64,000 nt of DNA from Euglena gracilis (Eukaryota): positions 45,549,847-45,613,846 of the forward strand of contig CP154954.1 of the NCBI GenBank assembly GCA_039621445.1. Reading direction: 5' to 3'. The notes below the pieces were generated by a model that had not been told where the DNA came from, did no database searches, and was given only the letters and a program-made list of their open reading frames with translations. Below are positions 1-13,970 of this stretch, piece by piece. Every line of letters starts with the position of its first letter. Within the stretch, counting starts at the first letter, position 1. The position numbers were made by a program, and so were the translations under genes.

Positions 1-3000
1 AAAAAAAAGTGTTTTTGAGCGAAAAAAATTTTTCCGACCCGGACCCCTCCATGCCCCCTCCCCCCCCCCCCCCTGGCCGGTGGACTTAGCCATTTTTGGG
101 TCAAAAAGTCCAAAAAAAATTTTTTCGCCCAAAACCATGTTTTTTGACCTCCCGGACCCGAAAAAAGTGTTTTCGAGCCAAAAATGAGCGCTTTTTGACC
201 CGCCAGCGCCCCGTTTTGGGCCGCCAACCCATTCACTTTAGGTGAAAACCGGGTCAAAAAAGTCGAAAAAAATCGAAAAAAATTTTTTTGCCCGGAACAA
301 TGTTTTTTGGCCTCCAGGACCCGTAAAACCTGTTTTTGAGTCGAAAATGAGCGTTTTTTCGACCTGCCAGCGCCCCGTTTTGGGCCGCCAACCCATTGAT
401 TTTTGCTCAAAACTGGATCAAAAAAGTCGAAAAAATTTGAAATTTTTTTTGCCCAAAACGATGTTTTTTGCCTTCCCAGACCCAGAAAAAGTGATTTTGA
501 GCCGAAAATGAGTGTTTTTCCGGGGCCGGGGTGGTCTCCCAAAGAGCTCAGCTCTACGTCACACCCTGGTCGCTGAGCTCTTATCTCTTTAGAGTAAGAG
601 CGAAGCTTACCACCGGGGCCGGAGGGGGGTCGGCCCCCCCCCCCCCCCCCCCCCCCCCCCCTGCCCCCCCCCTGAGTAGGTCCGGAAACCCCGGGATTAT
701 CGATGTGACTGGATTTCGTGGCCCCCAAAGTGAATGGCCTATAGGTTAGGGGACGGTCCCTAGTACCTCCAGAGCCCTTCGGTTACCCGCAACTCCCCGC
801 CAGTCCGGAGATATGGCCCGAGCAAAAAAGTTGTCTACCGTTTTTTTTTTCCGGGGAAATTTCAGGGTCATTTTGGGGTCAAAAAATCGATAATTTCAAA
901 ATATCTCGAAAACGCCGGGGAGTTGCGAAAAAGTAAAGAGGACGTCATTCCTCAACTTTGGGACGCCCGATCGATCGCTATGCGCGGTTTGGGCCGACTC
1001 ACCTCCCCGCCTAGCCCGAGATACGGCCGTTTTGGGGTTTTGGGCCAGTTTGGCCAGTTTTGGCCATTTCGGGCCCGTTCGGGGCCCGAAACCGTAATTT
1101 GCCCGTATCTCGGGCTAGACGGGGAGTTGGAGCCCAAACCAGGGGGTCAATCATTAGGTTTAGGGGGGGGGTTTGACCGTTTTTTGGGGTTCCCGGGGTC
1201 TGGTTGTGCCATTTTGGGCCATTTTTGGGTATTCGGGGACCCCTGCGGGGGTTCGAGGGCCGCCGGGCTGGGGTCCAAAAATCGAAAATTTCAAAATATC
1301 TCGAAAACGCTGCGGAGTTGAGGAAAAGTGATGGCGACCTTATTTGACGACCTTGGAACGCCCTATCGATCGGTATGCGCGGTTTAGGACAACTCCTTGC
1401 CTAGCCCGAGATACGGCCGTTTTGGGGGTTTTGGGCCCGTTTTGCCAGTTCTGGCCCGTTCAGGGCCCGAAACCGTAAATTGGCCGTATCTCGGGCTAGA
1501 CGGGGAGTTGGGACCCAAACTGGGGGGCAAACATTACGTTTTTAGGGGGGGGGTGGTGTTGACCGTTTTTTGGGGTTCCCGGGGTCTGGTTGTGCGATTT
1601 TGGCCAGTTTTGGGTGTTCGGGGACCCCATCGCGCGCCGTCAGGGCGGCTGGGTGAGGGGGGGTCGGGTGGCAGGTCGGGACCCAAAATTTTGAAAAATT
1701 TTTTTCGCTCAAAAACACTTTTTTTCACTTCAGAACATCAAAAAAAGTGTTTTTGAGCGAAAAAAATTTTTCCGACCCGGACCCCTCCATGCCCCCCCCC
1801 CCGGATGCCCCCCCCCCCTGGCCGGTGGACTTACCATTTTGGGTCAAAAAGTCAAAAAAATTCAAAAAAATTTTTTCGCCCAAACCATGTTTTTTTGACC
1901 TCCCGACCCGAAAAAAAGTGTTTTCGAGCCAAAAATAGCGATTTTTTCGCCCAAAACCATGTTTTTTGACCTCCCGGACCCGAAAAAAGTGTTTTCGAGC
2001 CAAAAATGAGCGCTTTTTGACCCGCCAGCGCCCCGTTTTGGGCCGCCAACCCATTCACTTTAGGTGAAAACCGGGTCAAAAAAGTCGAAAAAAATCGAAA
2101 AAATTTTTTTTTGCCCGGAACAATGTTTTTTGGCCTCCAGGACCCGTAAAACCTGTTTTTGAGTCGAAAATGAGCGTTTTTCGACCCGCCAGCGCCCCGT
2201 TTTGGGCCGCCAACCCATTGATTTTTGCTCAAAACTGGATCAAAAAAGTCGAAAAAATTTGAAATTTTTTTGCCCAAAACGATGTTTTTTGCCTTCCCAA
2301 ACCCGGAAAAAGTGATTTTGAGCCGAAAATGAGTGTTTTTCCGGGGCCGGGGTGGTCTCCCAAAGAGCTCAGCTCTACGTCACACCCTGGTCGCTGAGCT
2401 CTTATCTCTTTAGAGTAAGAGCGAAGCTTACCACCGGGGCCGGAGGGGGGTCGGCCCCCCCCGCCCCCCACCCCGCCCCCCCCCCCGCCCCCCCCCCTGG
2501 GTAGGTCCGGAAACCCCGGGATTATCGATGTGACTGGATTTCGTGGCCCCCAAAGTGAATGGCCTATAGGTTAGGGGACGGTCCCTAGTACCTCCAGAGC
2601 CCTTCGGTTACCCGCAACTCCCCGCCAGTCCGGAGATATGGCCCGAGCAAAAAAGTTGTCTACCGTTTTTTTTCCGGGGAAATTTCAGGGTCATTTTGGG
2701 GTCAAAAAATCGATAATTTCAAAATATCTCGAAAACGCCGGGGAGTTGCGAAAAAGTAAAGAGGACGTCATTCCTCAACTTTGGGACGCCCGATCGATCG
2801 CTATGCGCGGTTTGGGCCGACTCCCCGCGTAGCCCGAGATACGGCCGTTTTGGGGTTTTGGGCCAGTTTGGCCAGTTTTGGCCATTTCGGGCCCGTTCGG
2901 AGCCCGAAACCGTAATTTGCCCGTATCTCGGGCTAGACGGGGAGTTGGAGCCCAAACCAGGGGGTCAATCATTAGGTTTAGGGGGGGGGGGGTTGACCGT

Positions 3001-6000
3001 TTTTTGGGGTTCCCGGGGTCTGGTTGTGCCATTTTGGGCCATTTTTGGGTATTCGGGGACCCCTGCGGGGGTTCGAGGGCCGCCGGGCTGGGGTCTAAAA
3101 ATCGAAAATTTCAAAATATCTCGAAAACGCTGCGGAGTTGAGGAAAAGTGATGGTGACCTTATTTGATGACCTTGGAACGCCCTATTGATCAGTATCCGC
3201 GGTTTAGGACAACTCCTTGCCTAGCCCGAGATACGGCCGTTTTGGGGGTTTTGGGCCCGTTTTGCCAGTTCTGGCCCGTTCGGGGCCCGAAACCGTAAAT
3301 TGGCCGTATCTCGGGCTAGACGGGGAGTTGGGACCCAAACTGGGGGTCAAACATTACGTTTAGGGGGGGGGTTTGACCGTTTTTTGGGGTTCCCGGGGTC
3401 TGGTTGTGCGATTTTGGCCAGTTTTGGGTGTTCGGGGACCCCATCGCGCGCCGTCAGGGCGGCTGGGTGAGGGGGGGTCGGTCGGGTGGCAGGTCGGGAC
3501 CCAAAATTTTGAAAAAATTTTTTCGCTCAAAAACACTTTTTTTCACTTCAGAACATCAAAAAAAGTGTTTTTGAGCGAAAAAAATTTTTCCGACCCGGAC
3601 CCCTCCATGCCCCCCCCCCCGGATGCCCCCCCCCCCTGGCCGGTGGACTTAGCCATTTTTGGGTCAAAAAGTCAAAAAAAATTCAAAAAATTTTTTTTCG
3701 CCCAAAACCATGTTTTTTGACCTCCCGGACCCGAAAAAAGTGTTTTCGAGCCAAAAATGAGCGCTTTTTGATCCGCCAGCGCCCCGGTTTGGGCCGCCAA
3801 CCCATTCACTTTAGGTGAAAACCGGGTCAAAAAAGTCGAAAAAAATCGAAAAAAATTTTTTTGCCGGGAACAATGTTTTTTGGCCTCCAGGACCCGTAAA
3901 ACCTGTTTTTGAGTCGAAAATGAGCGTTTTTCGACCTGCCAGCGCCCCGTTTTGGGCCGCCAACCCATTGATTTTTGCTCAAAACTGGATCAAAAAAGTC
4001 GAAAAAATTTGAAATTTTTTTTGCCCAAAACGATGTTTTTTGCCTTCCCAGACCCGGAAAAAGTGATTTTGAGCCGAAAATGAGTGTTTTTCCGGGGCCG
4101 GGGTGGTCTCCCAAAGAGCTCAGCTCTACGTCACACCCTGGTCGCTGAGCTCTTATCTCTTTAGAGTAAGAGCGAAGCTTACCACCGGGGCCGGAGGGGG
4201 GTCGGACCCCCCCACCCCCCCCCCGCCCCCCCTGGGTAGGTCCGGAAACCCCGGGATTATCGATGTGACTGGATTTCGTGGCCCCCAAAGTGAATGGCCT
4301 ATAGGTTAGGGGACGGTCCCTAGTACCTCCAGAGCCCTTCGGTTACCCGCAACTCCCCGCCAGTCCGGAGATATGGCCCGAGCAAAAAAGTTGTCTACCG
4401 TTTTTTTTCCGGGGAAATTTCAGGGTCATTTTGGGGTCAAAAAATCGATAATTTCAAAATATCTCGAAAACGCCGGGGAGTTGCGAAAAAGTAAAGAGGA
4501 CGTCATTCCTCAACTTTGGGACGCCCGATCGATCGCTATGCGCGGTTTGGGCCGACTCCCCGCGTAGCCCGAGATACGGCCGTTTTGGGGTTTTGGGCCA
4601 GTTTGGCCAGTTTTGGCCATTTCGGGCCCGTTCGGAGCCCGAAACCGTAATTTGCCCGTATCTCGGGCTAGACGGGGAGTTGGAGCCCAAACCAGGGGGT
4701 CAATCATTAGGTTTAGGGGGGGGGGTTGACCGTTTTTTGGGGTTCCCGGGGTCTGGTTGTGCCATTTTGGGCCATTTTTGGGTATTCGGGGACCCCTGCG
4801 GGGGTTCGAGGGCCGCCGGGCTGGGGTCTAAAAATCGAAAATTTCAAAATATCTCGAAAACGCTGCGGAGTTGAGGAAAAGTGATGGTGACCTTATTTGA
4901 TGACCTTGGAACGCCCTATTGATCAGTATCCGCGGTTTAGGACAACTCCTTGCCTAGCCCGAGATACGGCCGTTTTGGGGGTTTTGGGCCCGTTTTGCCA
5001 GTTCTGGCCCGTTCGGGGCCCGAAACCGTAAATTGGCCGTATCTCGGGCTAGACGGGGAGTTGGGACCCAAACTGGGGGTCAAACATTACGTTTAGGGGG
5101 GGGGTTTGACCGTTTTTTGGGGTTCCCGGGGTCTGGTTGTGCGATTTTGGCCAGTTTTGGGTGTTCGGGGACCCCATCGCGCGCCGTCAGGGCGGCTGGG
5201 TGAGGGGGGGTCGGTCGGGTGGCAGGTCGGGACCCAAAATTTTGAAAAATTTTTTTCGCTCAAAAACACTTTTTTTTCACTTCAGAACATCAAAAAAAGT
5301 GTTTTTGAGCGAAAAAAATTTTACCGACCCGGACCCCTCCATGCCCCCCCCCTGGATGCCCCCCCCCCCTGGCCGGTGGACTTAGCCATTTTTGGGTCAA
5401 AAAGTCAAAAAAAATTCAAAAAATTTTTTTTCGCCCAAAACCATGTTTTTTGACCTCCCGGACCCGAAAAAAGTGTTTTCGAGCCAAAAATGAGCTTTTT
5501 TTTTTCGACCCGCCGGCGCCCCGTTTTGGGCCGCCGATCCATTGACTTTGGGTCAAAACCGGGTCAAAAAAGTCGAAAAAAATCGAAAAATTTTTTTTTG
5601 CCCAAAACCATGTTTTTTGACCTCCCGGACCCGAAAAAAGTGTTTTCGAGCCAAAAATGAGCGCTTTTTGACCCGCCAGCGCCCCGTTTTGGGCCGCCAA
5701 CCCATTCACTTTAGGTGAAAACCGGGTCAAAAAAGTCGAAAAAAATCGAAAAAATTTTTTTTGCCCGGAACAATGTTTTTTGGCCTCCAGGACCCGTAAA
5801 ACCTGTTTTTGAGTCAAAAATGAGCGTTTTTCGACCCGCCAGCGCCCCGTTTTGGGCCGCCAACCCATTGATTTTTGCTCAAAACTGGATCAAAAAAGTC
5901 GAAAAAATTTGAAATTTTTTTTGCCCAAAACGATGTTTTTTGCCTTCCCAGACCCGGAAAAAGTGATTTTGAGCCGAAAATGAGTGTTTTTCCGGGGCCG

Positions 6001-8030
6001 GGGTGGTCTCCCAAAGAGCTCAGCTCTACGTCACACCCTGGTCGCTGAGCTCTTATCTCTTTAGAGTAAGAGCGAAGCTTACCACCGGGGCCGGAGGGGG
6101 GGTCGGACCCCCCCGCCCCCCCGCCCCCCGCCCCCCCGCCCCCCCCCCCTGGGTAGGTCCGGAAACCCCGGGATTATCGATGTGACTGGATTTCGTGGCC
6201 CCCAAAGTGAATGGCCTATAGGTTAGGGGACGATCCCTAGTACCTCCAGAACCCTTCAGTTACCCGCAACTCTCCGCCAGTCCGGAGATATGGCCCGAGC
6301 AAAAAAGTTGTCTACCGTTTTTTTTCCGGGGAAATTGCAGGGTCATTTTGGGGTCAAAAAATCGAAAATTTCAAAATATCTCGAAAACGCCGGGGAGTTG
6401 AGAAAAAGTGAAGAGGACGTCGTTCCGCAACTTTGGGACGCCCGATCGATCGGTATGCGCGGTTTGGGCCAACTCCAGATTCGGCTGTTTTGGGGTTTTG
6501 GGCCAGTTTGGCCAGTTTCGGGCCCATTCGGGGCCCGAAACCGTAATTCGCCCATATCTCGGGCTAGACGGGGAGTTGGAACCCAAACCAGGGGGTCAAT
6601 CATTAGGTTTAGGGGGGGGGGGGTTTGACCGTTTTTTGGGGTTCCCGGGGCCTGGTTGTGCGACTTTGGGCCAGTTTTTGGTTATTCGGGGACCCCTGCG
6701 GGGGTTCAAGGGCGGCCGGGCTGGGGTGCAAAAATCGAAAAATTCAAAATGTCTCGAAAACACTGCGGAGTTGAGAAAAAGTGATGGCGACCTCATTTGA
6801 CGACGTTGGAACGCCCGATCGATCGGTATGCGCGATTTGGGACAACTCCTCGCCTAGCCCGAGATACGGCCGTTTTGGGGGTTTTGGGCCAGTTTTGCCA
6901 GTTCTGGCCCGTTCGGGGCCCGAAACCGTAAATTGGCCAGACTGTCTCGGGCTAGACGGGGAGTTGGGACCCAAACCAGGGGGTCAATCATTGGTTTAGG
7001 GGGGGTTTTGACCGTTTTTTAGGGTTCCCGGGGTCTGGTTGTGCGATTTTGGGCCAGTTTTGGGTATTCGGGGAACCCACAGGGCGCCGTCAGGGCGGCT
7101 GGGCGAGGGGGGGTCGGGTGGCAGGTCGGGACCCAAAATTTTGAAAAAATTTTTTTCGCTCAAAAACACTTTTTTTCACTTCAGAACATCAAAAAAAAAT
7201 GTTTTTGAGCGAAAAAAAAATTTACCGACCCGGACCCCCACCCCATGCCCCCCCCCCCTGGCTGGGGCCCGCCCCCCAGGCTGGTGGACTTGGCCATTTT
7301 TGGGTCAAAAAGTCAAAAAAATTTTTTTCGCTCAAAACCATGTTTTTTGACCTCCCGGACCTGAAAAAAGTGGTTTCGAGCAGAAAACGAGCGTTTTTCG
7401 ACCATCCAGCGCCCCGTTTTGGGCTGCCAACCCATTGACTTTAGGTCAAAACCGGGTCAAAAAAGTCGAAAAAAATCCAAAAAATTTTTTTTGCCTGAAA
7501 CAATGTTTTTTGGCCTCCCGGACCCAGAAAAACTGTTTTTGAGCCAAAAACGAGTGTTTTTCGACCCACCGGCGCCCCGTTTTGGGCCGCCAACCCATTG
7601 ATTTTCGGTCGAAAAGTCGAAAAAAGTCGAAAAAAAAGCCGAAAAAAATCGAAAATTATTTTCACCCGGAACGATGTTTTTTGGCCTCCCGGACCCGGAA
7701 ACGGTGTTTTTTTGAGCCGAAAATGGACGTTTTCCGACCCCCGGGGCCCCGTTTTGGGCACAAAACCCTTGCATTTCAGTCAAAAGAGCTGCACGGGCCG
7801 CCGGGCCGCTGGCCGGGCCGGGCCAGGCCGCCGGGCCGGTCCGGGCCGGGCTTCCGGCCGGGCCGGGCCGCCGGGCCAGTTTGGTCAGTTTTGGCTGTTT
7901 CGGGGCCCGAAACCGTAAATTGGCCGTATCTCGGGCTGGACGGGGAGTTGGGACCCAAACCAGGGAGTCAATCATGAGGTTTAGGGGGGGGTTTTGACCG
8001 TTTTTTGGGGTTCCCGCCTGGTTGTGCGAT
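1..8030. repeat. Tandem array of a complex ~1.75-1.9 kb unit (about 4.3 copies)
   Basis: Marker ccctggtcgctgagctc recurs near 570, 2391, 4142 and 6042 (periods 1821, 1751, 1900); units built from ~160-210 bp subrepeats and inverted gcccgagatacggcc/ggccgtatctcgggc motifs. Confidence 0.93.
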
Positions 8031-8454
8031 TTTGCTAACAACCAAACACTGACTGGACCCTCACCAGCAACCCAGGGCGAAACCTCAAATTCTAACCGCT
8101 TGCCCACGGCAAGATAGCAAAGTAGGTAACCGCCCGCAACCGTGCGGGTCCCCGGTACCCATAGCCGGGGATACCCAAGCCGATGACATCCCATCATTGT
8201 CACCCCACTTCACGGGCAACGACGATGGGAGTGGTGCGAAATCGGGGTAACCACGCCTGGGCCGCATCAACTGTTCGGAGGCGTCCCGAATAATAATGAC
8301 TCCTTCTTTCCCCCTTTTTAACACCAAAAAGTCACACACGCAATTATACTTGCATGTGCAAACACCATACTACATAACTCCAATGGTCTTCATTTCTCCA
8401 CAAGGGCTCCCTGAAGTCTTCAACATATGATTTTAACCCCATCACCACCTATGC

Positions 8455-9835
8455 TACAGGGCCGCCGGGCCGCCGGGCCGCTGGCCGGCCGGGTCGGGCC
8501 GCAGTGGCCTCCCAAAGAGCTCAGCTCTACGTCACACCCCGGTGGGGGTCGCTGAGCTCTTATCTCTTTAGAGTAAGAGCGAAGCTTACCACCCCGGCGA
8601 CGGGGGGGGTCGGACCCCCCCGCCCCCCCTGGGTAGGTCCGGAAACCCCGGGATTATCGATGTGATTGGTTTTCCGGGCCCCCAAAGTGAATAGCCTATA
8701 GGTTAGGAGAGGATTTCTAGTTTCTGACGCCCTCACTTTACCGGCAACTCCCCGACAGTCCGGAGATATGGCCCGAGCAAAAAAGTTGTCTACCGTTTTT
8801 TTTCCAAAAGAAATTTTGTTGGACTGGCAAAAGGGGTCATTTTTGGGGTCAAAAAATCGAAAAATTCAAAATATCTCGAAAACGCTGGGGAGTTGAGAAA
8901 AAGTAAAGAGTACCTCATTCCACAACTTTGGGACGCCCTATCCACCGGTATGCGCGGTTTGGGCCAACTCCCCGCCTGGGCCGAGATATGGCCGTTTTGT
9001 GGTTTCGCCACGGGGGGACTCTGCCAAAAAGGGGTCATTTTTGGGGTCAAAAAATCGAAAAATTCAAAATATCTCGAAAACGCTGGGGAGTTGAGAAAAA
9101 GTAAAGAGTACCTCATTCCACAACTTTGGGACGCCATATCCACCGGTATGCGCGGTTTGGGCCAACGCCCCGCCTGGGCCGAGATATGGCCGTTTTGTGG
9201 TTTCGCCACGGGGGGACTCTGCCATTTGGAGCCCAAAACAGGCCAAAAAAAAACAGTTTTTGCAAAATATCTCCAAAATGGTGGGGAGTTGAAAAAAATA
9301 TCCGGAGACCTAAATTGAAGCCCTTGGAACGCCCTATCTAGTGGTATTTTCATTTCCACGCAACTCCCCGCCTGGCCCGAGATACGGCCGTTTTTCGGCC
9401 CGGATGGCCGTTTTGTACGCTTTTCCCACTGTATTTGTACTTGTATGCATGCACATATGGCAGCCTACAATTACCAGGGTGTGACGTAGAGCTGAGCTCT
9501 TTGGGAGACCACCCCGGCCCTGGATTCGGATTCAGGCCCAAAACGGGGGGCGGGAGGTCGAAAAATGTTCGTTTTCGGCTCAAAAACATTTTTTCGGGTC
9601 CGGGAGGCCAAAAAACATGGTTTTGGGCAAAAAAAATTTTTTCGATTTTTTTGCACTTTTTTGACCCGGTTTTGACCCAAAGTCAATGGGTTGGCAAACC
9701 AAAACGGGGCGCTGGTGGGTCGAAAAACGCTCATTTTCGGCTCAAAAACAGTTTTTACGGGTCCGGGAGGCCAAAAAACATGGTTTTGGGCAAAAAAAAA
9801 ATTCGATTTTTTTCGACTTTTTTGACCTAAAATGG
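8455..9835. repeat. Diverged and inverted partial copies of the same repeat family
   Basis: Diverged unit start at ~8510-8800; reverse-complement terminus cagggtgtgacgtagagctgagctc at ~9475. Confidence 0.85.
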
Positions 9836-11044
9836 CTGAGTCGGTTCGGTCACTGTGGCTTTTCATGCAATTCTTGTCTATCAGTGGTCCTTTAACTCTC
9901 TGCAGTCCCACCTACCCAAAACTGACCCCCCACCAACCATGCATTCTCATCTGTGGGTGATCATACTGGTGCAGAGTACTCATTTGGCCTTATGTGGATC
10001 GTCTCTGGGTGATTTGGGCCATCCAACCCCACCCGGGCCTCAATTTGGGCAATTTTCTGTGAAATGACGATGTTAAGTAGGGTAAAGTTTATGAATGCGG
10101 ACTTAGTCGGCCTACCCCCCCTTGTGGGGCCCTATAGCTTCCGTATATATTTATATACATCAGTATGAACAGATTTCAACGTCTTGGAAATTGACTAACT
10201 CTTCCTCAGCTTTTGGCCAATATGGCCCAAATTTCCCATGCGGTCGAAAGTCCCTCTCACCTGAGAACAAAAATGGGGGGATTATCAAAAGCCTCTGATA
10301 GAAGGAGAGACCTGATGCGCAACCCGGTGTCCAAGACACCAGGACGCTCCCGAAGGAGCGTTGGGGCACAGTTCTTAAAATCTATTTCCTGGGCCCAACG
10401 CTACTTCCATTGGAAACTGTTAGCGTTGGTTGATTTCCAAGCTGGCGCCAATAATTGTCAGTCGATTTCCAAGACAGAAATATGTTGCTGGCCAGATTCA
10501 ACCGCTTCGGGGTCAAAAAAATAGCTTCTTTTCAAATTATTTTGAAAATGTCAGGGAATCAGAGGAAGCCTGGGGGGGGGGGAAGTGAAACCCTGGGGAC
10601 CCTCTATCACCCCATGCAGGGCCACCTGCGTGCCTGGCCCATTTTGCACTGCTTTCGCCAGTTTCAGCTTGGTCATGAAAGGAGCTTTGAAAACATGCAA
10701 AAAAGCATTGCACAAGCAATAAATGAATGGCTACCTGCAAATGAGATCACGAACAATAATAAATTTCCTGCAGATGGAGAGGTTCCATTTGCATTTCCAA
10801 AAGGAGTGAAATACGGTGATGACGGTATTGATGATGGACAACAATGACGAACAATCCTCAAATCTCGTGCTTCTGAGAAGAGAAAATGGAATTTCCCACA
10901 AGTGCAGATAACCTTGCTAGCTATGTCCCCGGAGAGGTTTCCCCAGAAGACAAATAAAAAAACGATGCATTGTTTGTTGGTTGCTGGGCGCGCAAATCAT
11001 CAGATGGGTCAGCATCGCGGACTTTGTCCAACGAACAAAATAGA

Positions 11045-11650
11045 AACCAGCCATTTCGGCGGAAAGTTGGGAACGACGCCTGCCGTACACGTGACCTATT
11101 GTTGAGAAAATGTGTTCCAAATTGGCAGAACTTGCCAAACAATTGCAAAGGCGTAAGCCACCCCTGTCAAACCCATAGGAAAACCGGACATCTTGCCTGC
11201 CAACCACCAAGCAACAGGATCACCTTTTTGTTTGATCAAGGCAGGCTGAAATGGTGGGGATTGAGTCAAATATGCATTCAGTGCACATGCAACGTCTGAC
11301 CCTTCCTCCTCTGCAAATTGATGAGCCAAATCCAGTTGTGCCGGGGTCAAACTCCTTCCAAAAAAATGGGCATCCAACTCATTTACCAACAAAAAGAAGG
11401 AGCAATTTAAAGTTTGTTTGCTTCTCTCCAAACCCAAATTATACCCTCCTGCTTTTGTGGGGATGCGTTCTTGCACAATTCGACAGCCTCCACCAGCGTT
11501 CCTTTTGTGCGTTGCATCAAATCCAACATTTCAACAACAGGATCTATTACAGCAAGCAAATCTTGTGCACCATTCAACACTTGCATAAGCCGTCGCCCAG
11601 CCGTCGGCCAGCCGCGTGACTCACAAGAAAATGACCCGAGCCACATCCTT
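11045..11650 (-). pseudogene. hAT transposase C-terminal fragment including dimerisation domain (frameshifted)
   Basis: DPVAWW...FP..L..VA / LASSANLEHIFSTIGHVYGRRRSQLS across a frameshift near 11135; upstream LLAVIDPVVEMLDLMQ....TL..A helix typical of hAT enzymes. Confidence 0.82.
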
Positions 11651-13599
11651 GCAATAAAAAAGCAATTTCTCCATCAATCTCCCCTCCAGGTCATGGTCAT
11701 TGTTGTGGAGGCTGCATTTTTGCCCATTTTTTGAGGCTTTTTTCGCCAATTTTTGTCAATTTTGCCAATTTTGGATTTTTGCGACTGGAACCAACCCAAA
11801 AAAAAACTTTTTCTTTCTATGTTCCACAAATCCTTTACAAAAAGTGCCTTGATACTGTACTGTTCAGGGGGGGGGAACAGTGAGGGGTGGGGGGCATGGT
11901 ATTAACACACCAAATTAGGGATTCAAATTTCAGCATCATCCGAAATTAGGCATTTGCCACTCAAAGTAAGGGATTGACGCATGGAATTAGGAATTTGCTC
12001 CTCAGAATTGGGAGTTGGCACATTAAATGGAGAATTTGCCTTTGAAAATTCGGAACTGGCATACCAAATTAGGCATTTGCTACCCAAAAGCGGCGTAACA
12101 ACATAAACTAGCTTCCGTCACACCGTCGGCCAGCCGTCGGGAAGCCGTCAACTGGCCATGGGCCAGCCGTGTGCTCCACCGCTCAGGGTTGGGCACATCA
12201 TTTTCCAAGTCAAGCAATTAACCATGGTTAATTGGGGGTCGATTAACCAATTTTTGATTAACCGTGCATTTCCCTCGATTAATTTCGATTAACTGACATT
12301 GGATCAATTTTTTCCAAAAAAATCACATCCTTTTCCGGCGTAAAAAAAATGCAAAAAATGTTGAAAAAAATAAAAGGAAAATTTCGTAAAAAAACTCACG
12401 ATGAAACACCTAAACCACACTTGGAATTCCATTAAGTTCAAAATATGCCAAAATGGTCAAAAACATCCAATATGTTAAAATATGCATTCATGCGTCCAAA
12501 AAAACAACAACAAAGAACGGCTTCCAAAAAAACAAGTTGCCGACTATAGAGGCTAGATAGTCCACTTTGGGACCCCGAACCCCCCCTCCCCCCCTCCGGG
12601 AAGTCAAAATGTCTAGTTCAGCTCGGAAGTGAACAGGGGGGGTCCCAGCCCCCCCTCCGTGAACCTGGGCTCCTATGCATTATTATTGTTTTGGTGAAAT
12701 TGGCCCTGTTTTAGAAATAGAGTACCGTGCACCGTGGATAAATCTGATGAGCACCGCTGGTCGTCTGTTGAAAAGAGCTTTCGACCGAGGGGTAACTTGG
12801 TACCCTAACGTTGCACGCAGCCTGAGATACGCTCGCGATCGTCGATCGGCCAGGATCTGAGTTGAAATTTGTGGTAATTTTTGGTGATTTTTGGTTTAAG
12901 ATGCTGAATAAACCTTACAGGAACGATTTTTCTCTTCGAATCGACGACCTGAGGGGTCTAGGGGGGCACAAGAATTGCGAAATTAGGATTTCCCTGCAAC
13001 AAGAAAGAAGGTTGCCAGGCGGCTTGGCTGAATTTGGTGATCATCACCAGTCGTCTGATGAAAAGACCTTTCGATCGAGGGGTGAGTTTGTACCTGGACG
13101 ATTGACACAGCCCGAAATACCCTCGCGATCGCCGGAATTTGGTGAAATGCAAAGTGGCGTGACATTGCCGACCACTGATCGGAGATTGGTCCTGGGAGGG
13201 TCCTTTGACCGAAGGTTGGGGACGCGCCGCTTTGAACAAAAGGGAGTCCCCAGAGGCCGGTTCCGCCGGTTCTGAAGGACGGAACCGGCGTCCGGGACGC
13301 TGGGTTCAGGACAAAACCGGCGTCCGCCCCCCCCTTTTTAGTAGAATTCTTTGAACTCTCTTTTTTTTGACAAATTTTTCCGAGTCATCTTACAGGTCAT
13401 TTGAATGGCGACCTAAGAATGAAGAAAAAGTCATGGAAAAGGAAAAAAAATGCTTCCGTGAATTGACATTGTGAAGAGAGAGTGGCATCCAAATGACCCA
13501 AGCATATCAATAGGCACCCCCAAAAAAACTCCGTTGCAAAACACCCTTGAAGTGGAAGGAAAACCTTTTCTTTTTCTGCAAATTAGCTTGATTCGTGAA

Positions 13600-13970
13600 G
13601 TTGCTCATTGAGGTCTTTTTTTTGAGTGATGGAGAAATTCAAATATTTTCCAACATTCCAATTCCAAGTGCGAAAAAGCACGCGCTTTTCGCTGGCCACG
13701 ATTGACCGAGAATGCCTCCACCACCGTGCTGCTCTGCCCAAAATTCCAGGGGTTTTGGAGGTCACGGATCAGCACCTGTTGTGCTGCACATTCAAAAAAC
13801 CTTTGCAAGTGGCACACTTCAATCTGAGACTTTCTTAATTCCTTGGCACAACGATGTAGCTTCCAAGCCAAGAAGGAACAACGGTCTGACGAAAACACCC
13901 GCCTGGTCACATTTTTTTTCCACGCCTTGATGGCGACGGACCCATGGCGATTGACTTCACCATTTGTCAC
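13600..13970 (-). pseudogene. Probable central fragment of the same hAT transposase
   Basis: Degenerate VAI[K]AWKKNVT (catalytic D.W position) and ECAA[Q]..LIRDL (CxxH motif), collinear with the C-terminal fragment. Confidence 0.5.

Noticed and set aside
570-610. Hammerhead ribozyme in ctga-stem-gaag; also ccgatga...cgaaa at 8180-8243
   Set aside because: Core CUGANGA/GAAA not matched, or stem II not directly abutting the core
1-9830. Dozens of 60-250 aa ORFs in the tandem array
   Set aside because: Low-complexity translations (K/F/P/G-rich) repeating with the array and broken by homopolymer length changes
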